Origin: Eledone cirrhosa
Taxonomy: Eukaryota
Direction: 5' to 3'
Length of the DNA stretch: 64,000 nt
NCBI GenBank assembly: GCA_964016885.1
Contig: OZ024743.1
Location: 312,046,001-312,110,000 of the forward strand
In this document: positions 1 to 12,000 of the stretch, piece by piece
Layout: each line of letters starts with the position of its first letter
Position numbering within the stretch: the stretch's first letter is position 1
Notes under the pieces: generated by a model
What the model saw: the letters and a program-made list of their open reading frames with translations, nothing else
Database searches by the model: none
Told to the model about the DNA's origin: nothing
Position numbers and translations under genes: made by a program

Positions 1-3000
1 CAACAAAAGAGTCTAGTCCACCCTGTAAAGTGGTCTTGTTGGTATCACAACAAAAGAGTCTAGTCCACTCTGTAAAGTGGTCATGTTGGTGCCACAACAA
101 AAGAGTCTAGTCCATCCAGTAAAGTGATCACATTGGTGTCACAGCAAGAGTCTAGTCCACCCTGTAAAGTGGTCATGTTGGTGTCACAACAAAAGAGACT
201 AGTCCACCCTGTAAAGTGGTCATGTTCGTGCAACAACAAAAGAGTCTAGTCCACCCTGTAAAGTGGTCATGTTGGTGCCACAACAAAAGAATCTAGTCCA
301 CCCTGTAAAGTGGTCATGTTGGTTTCACAACCAAAGAGTCTAGTCCACCCTGTAAAGTGGTCATTTTGGTGTCACAACAAAAGAGTCTAGTCCACCCTGT
401 AAAGTGGTAATGTTGGTGTCACAACAAAAGACTCTAGTCCACCCTGTAAAGTGATCACATTGGTGCCACAACAAAAGAGTCTAGTCCACCCTGTAAAGTG
501 GTCATGTTGGTGCCACAACATAAGAGTCTAGTCCACCCTGTAAAGTGGTCATGTTGGTGCAACAACAAAAGAATCTAGTCCACCCTGTAAAGTAGTCATG
601 TTGGTTTCACAACAAAAGAGTCTAGTCCACACTGTAAAGTGGTCATGTTGGTGCCACAACAAAAGAGTCTAGTCCACCCTGTAAAGTGATCACATTTGTG
701 CCACAGCAAAAGAGTCTAGTCAACCCTGTAAAGTGATCACATTGGTGCCACAACAAAAGAATCTAGTCCACCCTGTAAAGTGGTCATGTTGGTGCCACAA
801 GAAAAGAGTCTAGTCCACCCTGTAAAGTGGTCATGTTGGTGCCAGAACAAAAGAGTCTAGTCCACCCTGTAAAGTGGTCATGTTGGTGCCACAACAAAAG
901 AATCTAGTCCACCCTGTAAAGTGGTCATGTTGGTTTCACAACAGAACAGTCTAGTCCACCCTGTAAAGTGATCACATTGGTGCCACAACAAAAGACTCTA
1001 GTCCACCCTGTAAAGTGGTCATGTTGGTGCCACAACAAAAGAGTCTAGTCCACCCTGTAAAGTGGTCATGTTGGTGCCACAACAAAAGAGTCTAGTCCAC
1101 CCTGTAAAGGGGTCATGTTGGTGCCACAACAAAAGAGTCTAGTCCACCCTGTAAAGTGGTCATGTTGGTGTCACAACAAAAGAGTCTAGTCCACCCTGTA
1201 AAGTGGTAATGTTGGTGTCACAACAAAAGACTCTAGTCCACCCTGTAAAGTGATCACATTGGTGCCACAACAAAAGAGTCTAGTCCACCCTGTAAAGTGG
1301 TCATGTTGGTGCCACAACATGAGAGTCTAGTCCACCATGTAAAGTGGTCATGTTGGTGCAACAACAAAAGAATCTAGTCCACCCTGTAAAGTGGTCATGT
1401 TAGTTTCACAACAAAAGAGTCTAGTCCACACTGTAAAGTGGTCATGTTGGTGCCACAACAAAAGAGTCTAGTCCACCCTATAAAGTGGCCATGTTGGTGC
1501 CACAACAAAATAGTCTAGTCCACCCTGTAAAGTGATCACATTTGTGCCACAGCAAAAGAGTCTAGTCCACCCTGTAAAGTGATCACATTGGTGCCACAAC
1601 AAAAGAGTCTAGTCCATCCTGTAAAGTGGTCATGTTGGTGCCACAACAAAAGAGTCTAGTCCACCCTGTAAAGTGGTCTTGTTGGTATCACAACAAAAGA
1701 GTCTAGTCCACTCTGTAAAGTGGTCATGTTGGTGCCACAACAAAAGAGTCTAGTCCACCCAGTAAAGTGATCACATTGGTGTCACAACAAGAGTCTAGTC
1801 CACCCTGTAAAGTGGTCATGTTGGTGTCACAACAAAAGAGACTAGTCCACCCTGTAAAGTGGTCATGTTGGTGTCACAACAAAAGAGTCTAGTCCACCCT
1901 GTAAAGCGGTCATGTTGGTGCCACAACAAAAGAGTCTAGTCCACCCTGTAAAGCGGTCATGTTGGTGCCACAACAAAAGAATCTAGTCCACCCTGTAAAG
2001 TGGTCATGTTGGTTTCACAACAGAAGAGTCTAGTCCACCCTGTAAAGTGATCACATTGGTGCCACAACAAAAGAGTCTAGTCCATCCTGTAAAGTGGTCA
2101 TGTTGGTGCCACAACAAAAGAGTCTAGTCCACCCTGTAAAGTGGTCATGTTGGTGCCACAACAAAAGAATCTAGTCCACCCTGTAAAGTGGTCATGTTGG
2201 TGCCACAACAAAAGAGTCTAGTCCACCCTGTAAAGTGGTCATGTTGGTGTCACAACAAAAGAGTCTAGTCCACCCTGTAAAGTGGTAATGTTGGTGTCAC
2301 AACAAAAGACTCTAGTCCACCCTGTAAAGTGATCACATTGGTGCCACAACAAAAGAGTCTAGTCCACCCTGTAAAGTGGTCATGTTGGTGCCACAACATA
2401 AGAGTCTAGTCCACCCTGTAAAGTGGTCATGTTGGTGCAACAACAAAAGAATCTAGTCCACCCTGTAAAGTGGTCATGTTAGTTTCACAACAAAAGAGTC
2501 TAGTCCACACTGTAAAGTGGTCATGTTGGTGCCACAACAAAAGAGTCTAGTCCACCCTATAAAGTGGTCATGTTGGTGCCACAACAAAATAGTCTAGTCC
2601 ACCCTGTAAAGTGATCACATTTGTGCCACAGCAAAAGAGTCTAGTCCACCCTGTAAAGTGATCACATTGGTGCCACAACAAAAGAGTCTAGTCCACCCTG
2701 TAAAGTGATCACATTGGTGCCACAACAAAAGAGTCTAGTCCATCCTGTAAAGTGGTCATGTTGGTGCCACAACAAAAGAGTCTAGTCCACCCTGTAAAGT
2801 GGTCTTGTTGGTATCACAACAAAAGAGTCTAGTCCACTCTGTAAAGTGGTCATGTTGGTGCCACAACAAAAGAGTCTAGTCCATCCAGTAAAGTGATCAC
2901 ATTGGTGTCACAGCAAGAGTCTAGTCCACCCTGTAAAGTGGTCATGTTCGTTTCACAACAAAAGAGTCTAGTCCATCCTGTAAAGTGATCACATTGGTGC

Positions 3001-6000
3001 CACAACAAAAGAGTCTAGTCCACCCTGTAAAGTGGTCATGTTGGTTTCACAACCAAAGAGTCCAGTCCACCCTGTAAAGTGGTCATTTTGGTGTCACAAC
3101 AAAAGAGTCTAGTCCACCCTGTAAAGTGGTAATGTTGGTGTCACAACAAAAGACTCTAGTCCACCCTGTAAAGTGATCACATTGGTGCCACAACAAAAGA
3201 GTCTAGTCCACCCTGTAAAGTGGTCATGTTGGTGCCACAACATAAGAGTCTAGTCCACCCTGTAAAGTGGTCATGTTGGTGCAACAACAAAAGAATCTAG
3301 TCCACCCTGTAAAGTAGTCATGTTGGTTTCACAACAAAAGAGTCTAGTCCACACTGTAAAGTGGTCATGTTGGTGCCACAACAAAAGAGTCTAGTCCACC
3401 CTGTAAAGTGATCACATTTGTGCCACAGCAAAAGAGTCTAGTCCACCCTGTAAAGTGATCACATTGGTGCCACAACAAAAGAATCTAGTCCACCCTGTAA
3501 AGTGGTCATGTTGGTGCCACAACAAATGAGTCTATTTCAACCTGTAAAGTGATCACGTTGGTGTCACAACAAAAGAGTCTAGTCCCCCCTGTAAAGTGGT
3601 CATGTTGGTGTCACAAGAAAAGAGTCTAGTCCACCCTGTAAAGTGGTCATGTTGGTGCCAGAACAAAAGAGTCTAGTCCACCCTGTAAAGTGGTCATGTT
3701 GGTGCCACAACAAAAGAATCTAGTCCACCCTGTAAAGTGGTCATGTTGGTTTCACAACAGAACAGTCTAGTCCACCCTGTAAAGTGATCACATTGGTGCC
3801 ACAACAAAAGACTCTAGTCCACCCTGTAAAGTGGTCATGTTGGTGCCACAACAAAAGAGTCTAGTCCACCCTGTAAAGTGGTCATGTTGGTGCCACAACA
3901 AAAGAGTCTAGTCCACCCTGTAAAGGGGTCATGTTGGTGCCACAACAAAAGAGTCTAGTCCACCCTGTAAAGTGGTCATGTTGGTGTCACAACAAAAGAG
4001 TCTAGTCCACCCTGTAAAGTGGTAATGTTGGTGTCACAACAAAAGACTCTAGTCCACCCTGTAAAGTGATCCCATTAGTGCCACAACAAAAGAGTCTAGT
4101 CCACCCTGTAAAGTGGTCATGTTGGTGCCACAACATAAGAGTCTAGTCCACCATGTAAAGTGGTCATGTTGGTGCAACAACAAAAGAATCTAGTCCACCC
4201 TGTAAAGTGGTCATGTTAGTTTCACAACAAAAGAGTCTAGTCCACACTGTAAAGTGGTCATGTTGGTGCCACAACAAAAGAGTCTAGTCCACCCTATAAA
4301 GTGGCCATGTTGGTGCCACAACAAAATAGTCTAGTCCACCCTGTAAAGTGATCACATTTGTGCCACAGCAAAAGAGTCTAGTCCACCCTGTAAAGTGATC
4401 ACATTGGTGCCACAACAAAAGAGTCTAGTCCATCCTGTAAAGTGGTCATGTTGGTGCCACAACAAAAGAGTCTAGTCCACCCTGTAAAGTGGTCTTGTTG
4501 GTATCACAACAAAAGAGTCTAGTCCACTCTGTAAAGTGGTCATGTTGGTGCCACAACAAAAGAGTCTAGTCCACCCAGTAAAGTGATCACATTGGTGTCA
4601 CAACAAGAGTCTAGTCCACCCTGTAATGTGGTCATGTTGGTGTCACAACAAAAGAGACTAGTCCACCCTGTAAAGTGGTCATGTTGGTGTCACAACAAAA
4701 GAGTCTAGTCCACCCTGTAAAGCGGTCATGTTGGTGCCACAACAAAAGAGTCTAGTCCACCCTGTAAAGCGGTCATGTTGGTGCCACAACAAAAGAATCT
4801 AGTCCACCCTGTAAAGTGGTCATGTTGGTTTCACAACAGAAGAGTCTAGTCCACCCTGTAAAGTGATCACATTGGTGCCACAACAAAAGAGTCTAGTCCA
4901 TCCTGTAAAGTGGTCATGTTGGTGCCACAACAAAAGAGTCTAGTCCACCCTGTAAAGTGGTCATGTTGGTGCCACAACAAAAGAATCTAGTCCACCCTGT
5001 AAAGTGGTCATGTTGGTGCCACAACAAAAGAGTCTAGTCCACCCTGTAAAGTGGTCATGTTGGTGTCACAACAAAAGAGTCTAGTCCACCCTGTAAAGTG
5101 GTAATGTTGGTGTCACAACAAAAGACTCTAGTCCACCCTGTAAAGTGATCACATTGGTGCCACAACAAAAGAGTCTAGTCCACCCTGTAAAGTGGTCATG
5201 TTGGTGCCACAACATAAGAGTCTAGTCCACCCTGTAAAGTGGTCATGTTGGTGCAACAACAAAAGAATCTAGTCCACCCTGTAAAGTGGTCATGTTAGTT
5301 TCACAACAAAAGAGTCTAGTCCACACTGTAAAGTGGTCATGTTGGTGCCACAACAAAAGAGTCTAGTCCACCCTATAAAGTGGTCATGTTGGTGCCACAA
5401 CAAAATAGTCTAGTCCACCCTGTAAAGTGATCACATTTGTGCCACAGCAAAAGAGTCTAGTCCACCCTGTAAAGTGATCACATTGGTGCCACAACAAAAG
5501 AGTCTAGTCCACCCTGTAAAGTGATCACATTGGTGCCACAACAAAAGAGTCTAGTCCATCCTGTAAAGTGGTCATGTTGGTGCCACAACAAAAGAGTCTA
5601 GTCCACCCTGTAAAGTGGTCTTGTTGGTATCACAACAAAAGAGTCTAGTCCACTCTGTAAAGTGGTCATGTTGGTGCCACAACAAAAGAGTCTAGTCCAT
5701 CCAGTAAAGTGATCACATTGGTGTCACAGCAAGAGTCTAGTCCACCCTGTAAAGTGGTCATGTTCGTTTCACAACAAAAGAGTCTAGTCCATCCTGTAAA
5801 GTGATCACATTGGTGCCACAACAAAAGAGTCTAGTCCACCCTGTAAAGTGGTCATGTTGGTTTCACAACCAAAGAGTCCAGTCCACCCTGTAAAGTGGTC
5901 ATTTTGGTGTCACAACAAAAGAGTCTAGTCCACCCTGTAAAGTGGTAATGTTGGTGTCACAACAAAAGACTCTAGTCCACCCTGTAAAGTGATCACATTG

Positions 6001-9000
6001 GTGCCACAACAAAAGAGTCTAGTCCACCCTGTAAAGTGGTCATGTTGGTGCCACAACATAAGAGTCTAGTCCACCCTGTAAAGTGGTCATGTTGGTGCAA
6101 CAACAAAAGAATCTAGTCCACCCTGTAAAGTAGTCATGTTGGTTTCACAACAAAAGAGTCTAGTCCACACTGTAAAGTGGTCATGTTGGTGCCACAACAA
6201 AAGAGTCTAGTCCACCCTGTAAAGTGATCACATTTGTGCCACAGCAAAAGAGTCTAGTCCACCCTGTAAAGTGATCACATTGGTGCCACAACAAAAGAAT
6301 CTAGTCCACCCTGTAAAGTGGTCATGTTGGTGCCACAACAAATGAGTCTATTTCAACCTGTAAAGTGATCACGTTGGTGTCACAACAAAAGAGTCTAGTC
6401 CCCCCTGTAAAGTGGTCATGTTGGTGTCACAAGAAAAGAGTCTAGTCCACCCTGTAAAGTGGTCATGTTGGTGCCAGAACAAAAGAGTCTAGTCCACCCT
6501 GTAAAGTGGTCATGTTGGTGCCACAACAAAAGAATCTAGTCCACCCTGTAAAGTGGTCATGTTGGTTTCACAACAGAACAGTCTAGTCCACCCTGTAAAG
6601 TGATCACATTGGTGCCACAACAAAAGACTCTAGTCCACCCTGTAAAGTGGTCATGTTGGTGCCACAACAAAAGAGTCTAGTCCACCCTGTAAAGTGGTCA
6701 TGTTGGTGCCACAACAAAAGAGTCTAGTCCACCCTGTAAAGGGGTCATGTTGGTGCCACAACAAAAGAGTCTAGTCCACCCTGTAAAGTGGTCATGTTGG
6801 TGTCACAACAAAAGAGTCTAGTCCACCCTGTAAAGTGGTAATGTTGGTGTCACAACAAAAGACTCTAGTCCACCCTGTAAAGTGATCCCATTAGTGCCAC
6901 AACAAAAGAGTCTAGTCCACCCTGTAAAGTGGTCATGTTGGTGCCACAACATAAGAGTCTAGTCCACCATGTAAAGTGGTCATGTTGGTGCAACAACAAA
7001 AGAATCTAGTCCACCCTGTAAAGTGGTCATGTTAGTTTCACAACAAAAGAGTCTAGTCCACACTGTAAAGTGGTCATGTTGGTGCCACAACAAAAGAGTC
7101 TAGTCCACCCTATAAAGTGGCCATGTTGGTGCCACAACAAAATAGTCTAGTCCACCCTGTAAAGTGATCACATTTGTGCCACAGCAAAAGAGTCTAGTCC
7201 ACCCTGTAAAGTGATCACATTGGTGCCACAACAAAAGAGTCTAGTCCATCCTGTAAAGTGGTCATGTTGGTGCCACAACAAAAGAGTCTAGTCCACCCTG
7301 TAAAGTGGTCTTGTTGGTATCACAACAAAAGAGTCTAGTCCACTCTGTAAAGTGGTCATGTTGGTGCCACAACAAAAGAGTCTAGTCCACCCAGTAAAGT
7401 GATCACATTGGTGTCACAACAAGAGTCTAGTCCACCCTGTAAAGTGGTCATGTTGGTGTCACAACAAAGGAGACTAGTCCACCCTGTAAAGTGGTCATGT
7501 TGGTGTCACAACAAAAGAGTCTAGTCCACCCTGTAAAGCGGTCATGTTGGTGCCACAACAAAAGAGTCTAGTCCACCCTGTAAAGCGGTCATGTTGGTGC
7601 CACAACAAAAGAATCTAGTCCACCCTGTAAAGTGGTCATGTTGGTTTCACAACAGAAGAGTCTAGTCCACCCTGTAAAGTGATCACATTGGTGCCACAAC
7701 AAAAGAGTCTAGTCCATCCTGTAAAGTGGTCATGTTGGTGCCACAACAAAAGAGTCTAGTCCACCCTGTAAAGTGGTCATGTTGGTGCCACAACAAAAGA
7801 ATCTAGTCCACCCTGTAAAGTGGTCATGTTGGTGCCACAACAAAAGAGTCTAGTCCACCCTGTAAAGTGGTCATGTTGGTGTCACAACAAAAGAGTCTAG
7901 TCCACCCTGTAAAGTGGTAATGTTGGTGTCACAACAAAAGACTCTAGTCCACCCTGTAAAGTGATCACATTGGTGCCACAACAAAAGAGTCTAGTCCACC
8001 CTGTAAAGTGGTCATGTTGGTGCCACAACATAAGAGTCTAGTCCACCCTGTAAAGTGGTCATGTTGGTGCAACAACAAAAGAATCTAGTCCACCCTGTAA
8101 AGTGGTCATGTTAGTTTCACAACAAAAGAGTCTAGTCCACACTGTAAAGTGGTCATGTTGGTGCCACAACAAAAGAGTCTAGTCCACCCTATAAAGTGGT
8201 CATGTTGGTGCCACAACAAAATAGTCTAGTCCACCCTGTAAAGTGATCACATTTGTGCCACAGCAAAAGAGTCTAGTCCACCCTGTAAAGTGATCACATT
8301 GGTGCCACAACAAAAGAGTCTAGTCCACCCTGTAAAGTGATCACATTGGTGCCACAACAAAAGAGTCTAGTCCATCCTGTAAAGTGGTCATGTTGGTGCC
8401 ACAACAAAAGAGTCTAGTCCACCCTGTAAAGTGGTCTTGTTGGTATCACAACAAAAGAGTCTAGTCCACTCTGTAAAGTGGTCATGTTGGTGCCACAACA
8501 AAAGAGTCTAGTCCATCCAGTAAAGTGATCACATTGGTGTCACAGCAAGAGTCTAGTCCACCCTGTAAAGTGGTCATGTTCGTTTCACAACAAAAGAGTC
8601 TAGTCCATCCTGTAAAGTGATCACATTGGTGCCACAACAAAAGAGTCTAGTCCACCCTGTAAAGTGGTCATGTTGGTTTCACAACCAAAGAGTCTAGTCC
8701 ACCCTGTAAAGTGGTCATTTTGGTGTCACAACAAAAGAGTCTAGTCCACCCTGTAAAGTGGTAATGTTGGTGTCACAACAAAAGACTCTAGTCCACCCTG
8801 TAAAGTGATCACATTGGTGCCACAACAAAAGAGTCTAGTCCACCCTGTAAAGTGGTCATGTTGGTGCCACAACATAAGAGTCTAGTCCACCCTGTAAAGT
8901 GGTCATGTTGGTGCAACAACAAAAGAATCTAGTCCACCCTGTAAAGTAGTCATGTTGGTTTCACAACAAAAGAGTCTAGTCCACACTGTAAAGTGGTCAT

Positions 9001-12000
9001 GTTGGTGCCACAACAAAAGAGTCTAGTCCACCCTGTAAAGTGATCACATTTGTGCCACAGCAAAAGAGTCTAGTCCACCCTGTAAAGTGATCACATTGGT
9101 GCCACAACAAAAGAATCTAGTCCACCCTGTAAAGTGGTCATGTTGGTGCCACAACAAATGAGTCTATTTCAACCTGTAAAGTGATCACGTTGGTGTCACA
9201 ACAAAAGAGTCTAGTCCCCCCTGTAAAGTGGTCATGTTGGTGTCACAAGAAAAGAGTCTAGTCCACCCTGTAAAGTGGTCATGTTGGTGCCAGAACAAAA
9301 GAGTCTAGTCCACCCTGTAAAGTGGTCATGTTGGTGCCACAACAAAAGAATCTAGTCCACCCTGTAAAGTGGTCATGTTGGTTTCACAACAGAACAGTCT
9401 AGTCCACCCTGTAAAGTGATCACATTGGTGCCACAACAAAAGAGTCTAGTCCACCCTGTAAAGTGGTCATGTTGGTGCCACAACAAAAGAGTCTAGTCCA
9501 CCCTGTAAAGTGGTCATGTTGGTGCCACAACAAAAGAGTCTAGTCCACCCTGTAAAGGGGTCATGTTGGTGCCACAACAAAAGAGTCTAGTCCACCCTGT
9601 AAAGTGGTCATGTTGGTGTCACAATAAAAGAGTCTAGTCCACCCTGTAAAGTGGTAATGTTGGTGTCACAACAAAAGACTCTAGTCCACCCTGTAAAGTG
9701 ATCACATTGGTGCCACAACAAAAGAGTCTAGTCCACCCTGTAAAGTGGTCATGTTGGTGCCACAACATAAGAGTCTAGTCCACCATGTAAAGTGGTCATG
9801 TTGGTGCAACAACAAAAGAATCTAGTCCACCCTGTAAAGTGGTCATGTTAGTTTCACAACAAAAGAGTCTAGTCCACACTGTAAAGTGGTCATGTTGGTG
9901 CCACAACAAAAGAGTCTAGTCCACCCTATAAAGTGGCCATGTTGGTGCCACAACAAAATAGTCTAGTCCACCCTGTAAAGTGATCACATTTGTGCCACAG
10001 CAAAAGAGTCTAGTCCACCCTGTAAAGTGATCACATTGGTGCCACAACAAAAGAGTCTAGTCCATCCTGTAAAGTGGTCATGTTGGTGCCACAACAAAAG
10101 AGTCTAGTCCACCCTGTAAAGTGGTCTTGTTGGTATCACAACAAAAGAGTCTAGTCCACTCTGTAAAGTGGTCATGTTGGTGCCACAACAAAAGAGTCTA
10201 GTCCACCCAGTAAAGTGATCACATTGGTGTCACAACAAGAGTCTAGTCCACCCTGTAAAGTGGTCATGTTGGTGTCACAACAAAAGAGATTAGTCCACCC
10301 TGTAAAGTGGTCATGTTGGTGTCACAACAAAAGAGTCTAGTCCACCCTGTAAAGCGGTCATGTTGGTGCCACAACAAAAGAGTCTAGTCCACCCTGTAAA
10401 GCGGTCATGTTGGTGCCACAACAAAAGAATCTAGTCCACCCTGTAAAGTGGTCATGTTGGTGCCACAACAAAAGAGTCTAGTCCACCCTGTAAAGTGGTC
10501 ATGTTGGTGCCACAACAAAAGAATCTAGTCCACCCTGTAAAGTGGTCATGTTGGTGCCACAACAAAAGAGTCTAGTCCACCCTGTAAAGTGGTCATGTTG
10601 GTGTCACAACAAAAGAGTCTAGTCCACCCTGTAAAGTGGTAATGTTGGTGTCACAACAAAAGACTCTAGTCCACCCTGTAAAGTGATCACATTGGTGCCA
10701 CAACAAAAGAGTCTAGTCCACCCTGTAAAGTGGTCATGTTGGTGCCACAACATAAGAGTCTAGTCCACCCTGTAAAGTGGTCATGTTGGTGCAACAACAA
10801 AAGAATCTAGTCCACCCTGTAAAGTGGTCATGTTAGTTTCACAACAAAAGAGTCTAGTCCACACTGTAAAGTGGTCATGTTGGTGCCACAACAAAAGAGT
10901 CTAGTCCACCCTATAAAGTGGTCATGTTGGTGCCACAACAAAATAGTCTAGTCCACCCTATAAAGTGATCACATTTGTGCCACAGCAAAAGAGTCTAGTC
11001 CACCCTGTAAAGTGATCACATTGGTGCCACAACAAAAGAGTCTAGTCCATCCTGTAAAGTGGTCATGTTGGTGCCACAACAAAATAGTCTAGTCCACCCT
11101 GTAAAGTGATCACATTGGTGTCACAACAAGAGTCTAGTCCACCCTGTAAAGTGGTCATGTTGGTGTCACAACAAAAAGACTACTCCACCCTGTAAAGTGG
11201 TCATGTTGGTGCAACAACAAAAGAGTCTAGTCCACCCTGTAAAGTGGTCATGTTGGTGCCACAACAAAAGAATCTAGTCCACCCTGTAAAGTGGTCATGT
11301 TGGTTTCACAACAAAAGAGTCTAGTCCACCCTGTAAAGTGATCACATTGGTGCCACAACAAAAGAGTCTAGTCCACCCTGTAAAGTGGTCATGTTGGTTT
11401 CACAACCAAAGAGTCTAGTCCACCCTGTAAAGTGGTAATGTTGGTGTCACAACAAAAGACTCTAGTCCACCCTGTAAAGTGATCACATTGGTGCCACAAC
11501 AAAAGAGTCTAGTCCACCCTGTAAAGTGGTCATGTTGGTGCCACAACATAAGAGTCTAGTCCACCCTGTAAAGTAGTCATGTTGGTTTCACAACAAAAGA
11601 GTCTAGTCCACACTGTAAAGTGGTCATGTTGCTGTCACAACAAAAGACTCTAGTCCACCCTGTAAAGTGATCACATTGGTGCCACAACAAAAGAGTCTAG
11701 TCCACCCTGTAAAGTGGTCATGTTGGTGCCACAACATAAGAGTCTAGTCCACCCTGTAAAGTGGTCATGTTGGTGCAACAACAAAAGAATCTAGTCCACC
11801 CTGTAAAGTAGTCATGTTGGTTTCACAACAAAAGAGTCTAGTCCACACTGTAAAGTGGTCATGTTGGTGCCACAACAAAAGAATCTAATCCACCCTGTAA
11901 AGTGGTCATGTTGGTGCCACAACAAAAGAGTCTAGTCCACCCTGTAAAGTGGTCATGTTGGTTCCACAACAAAAGAGTCTAGTCCACCCTGTAAAGTGGT

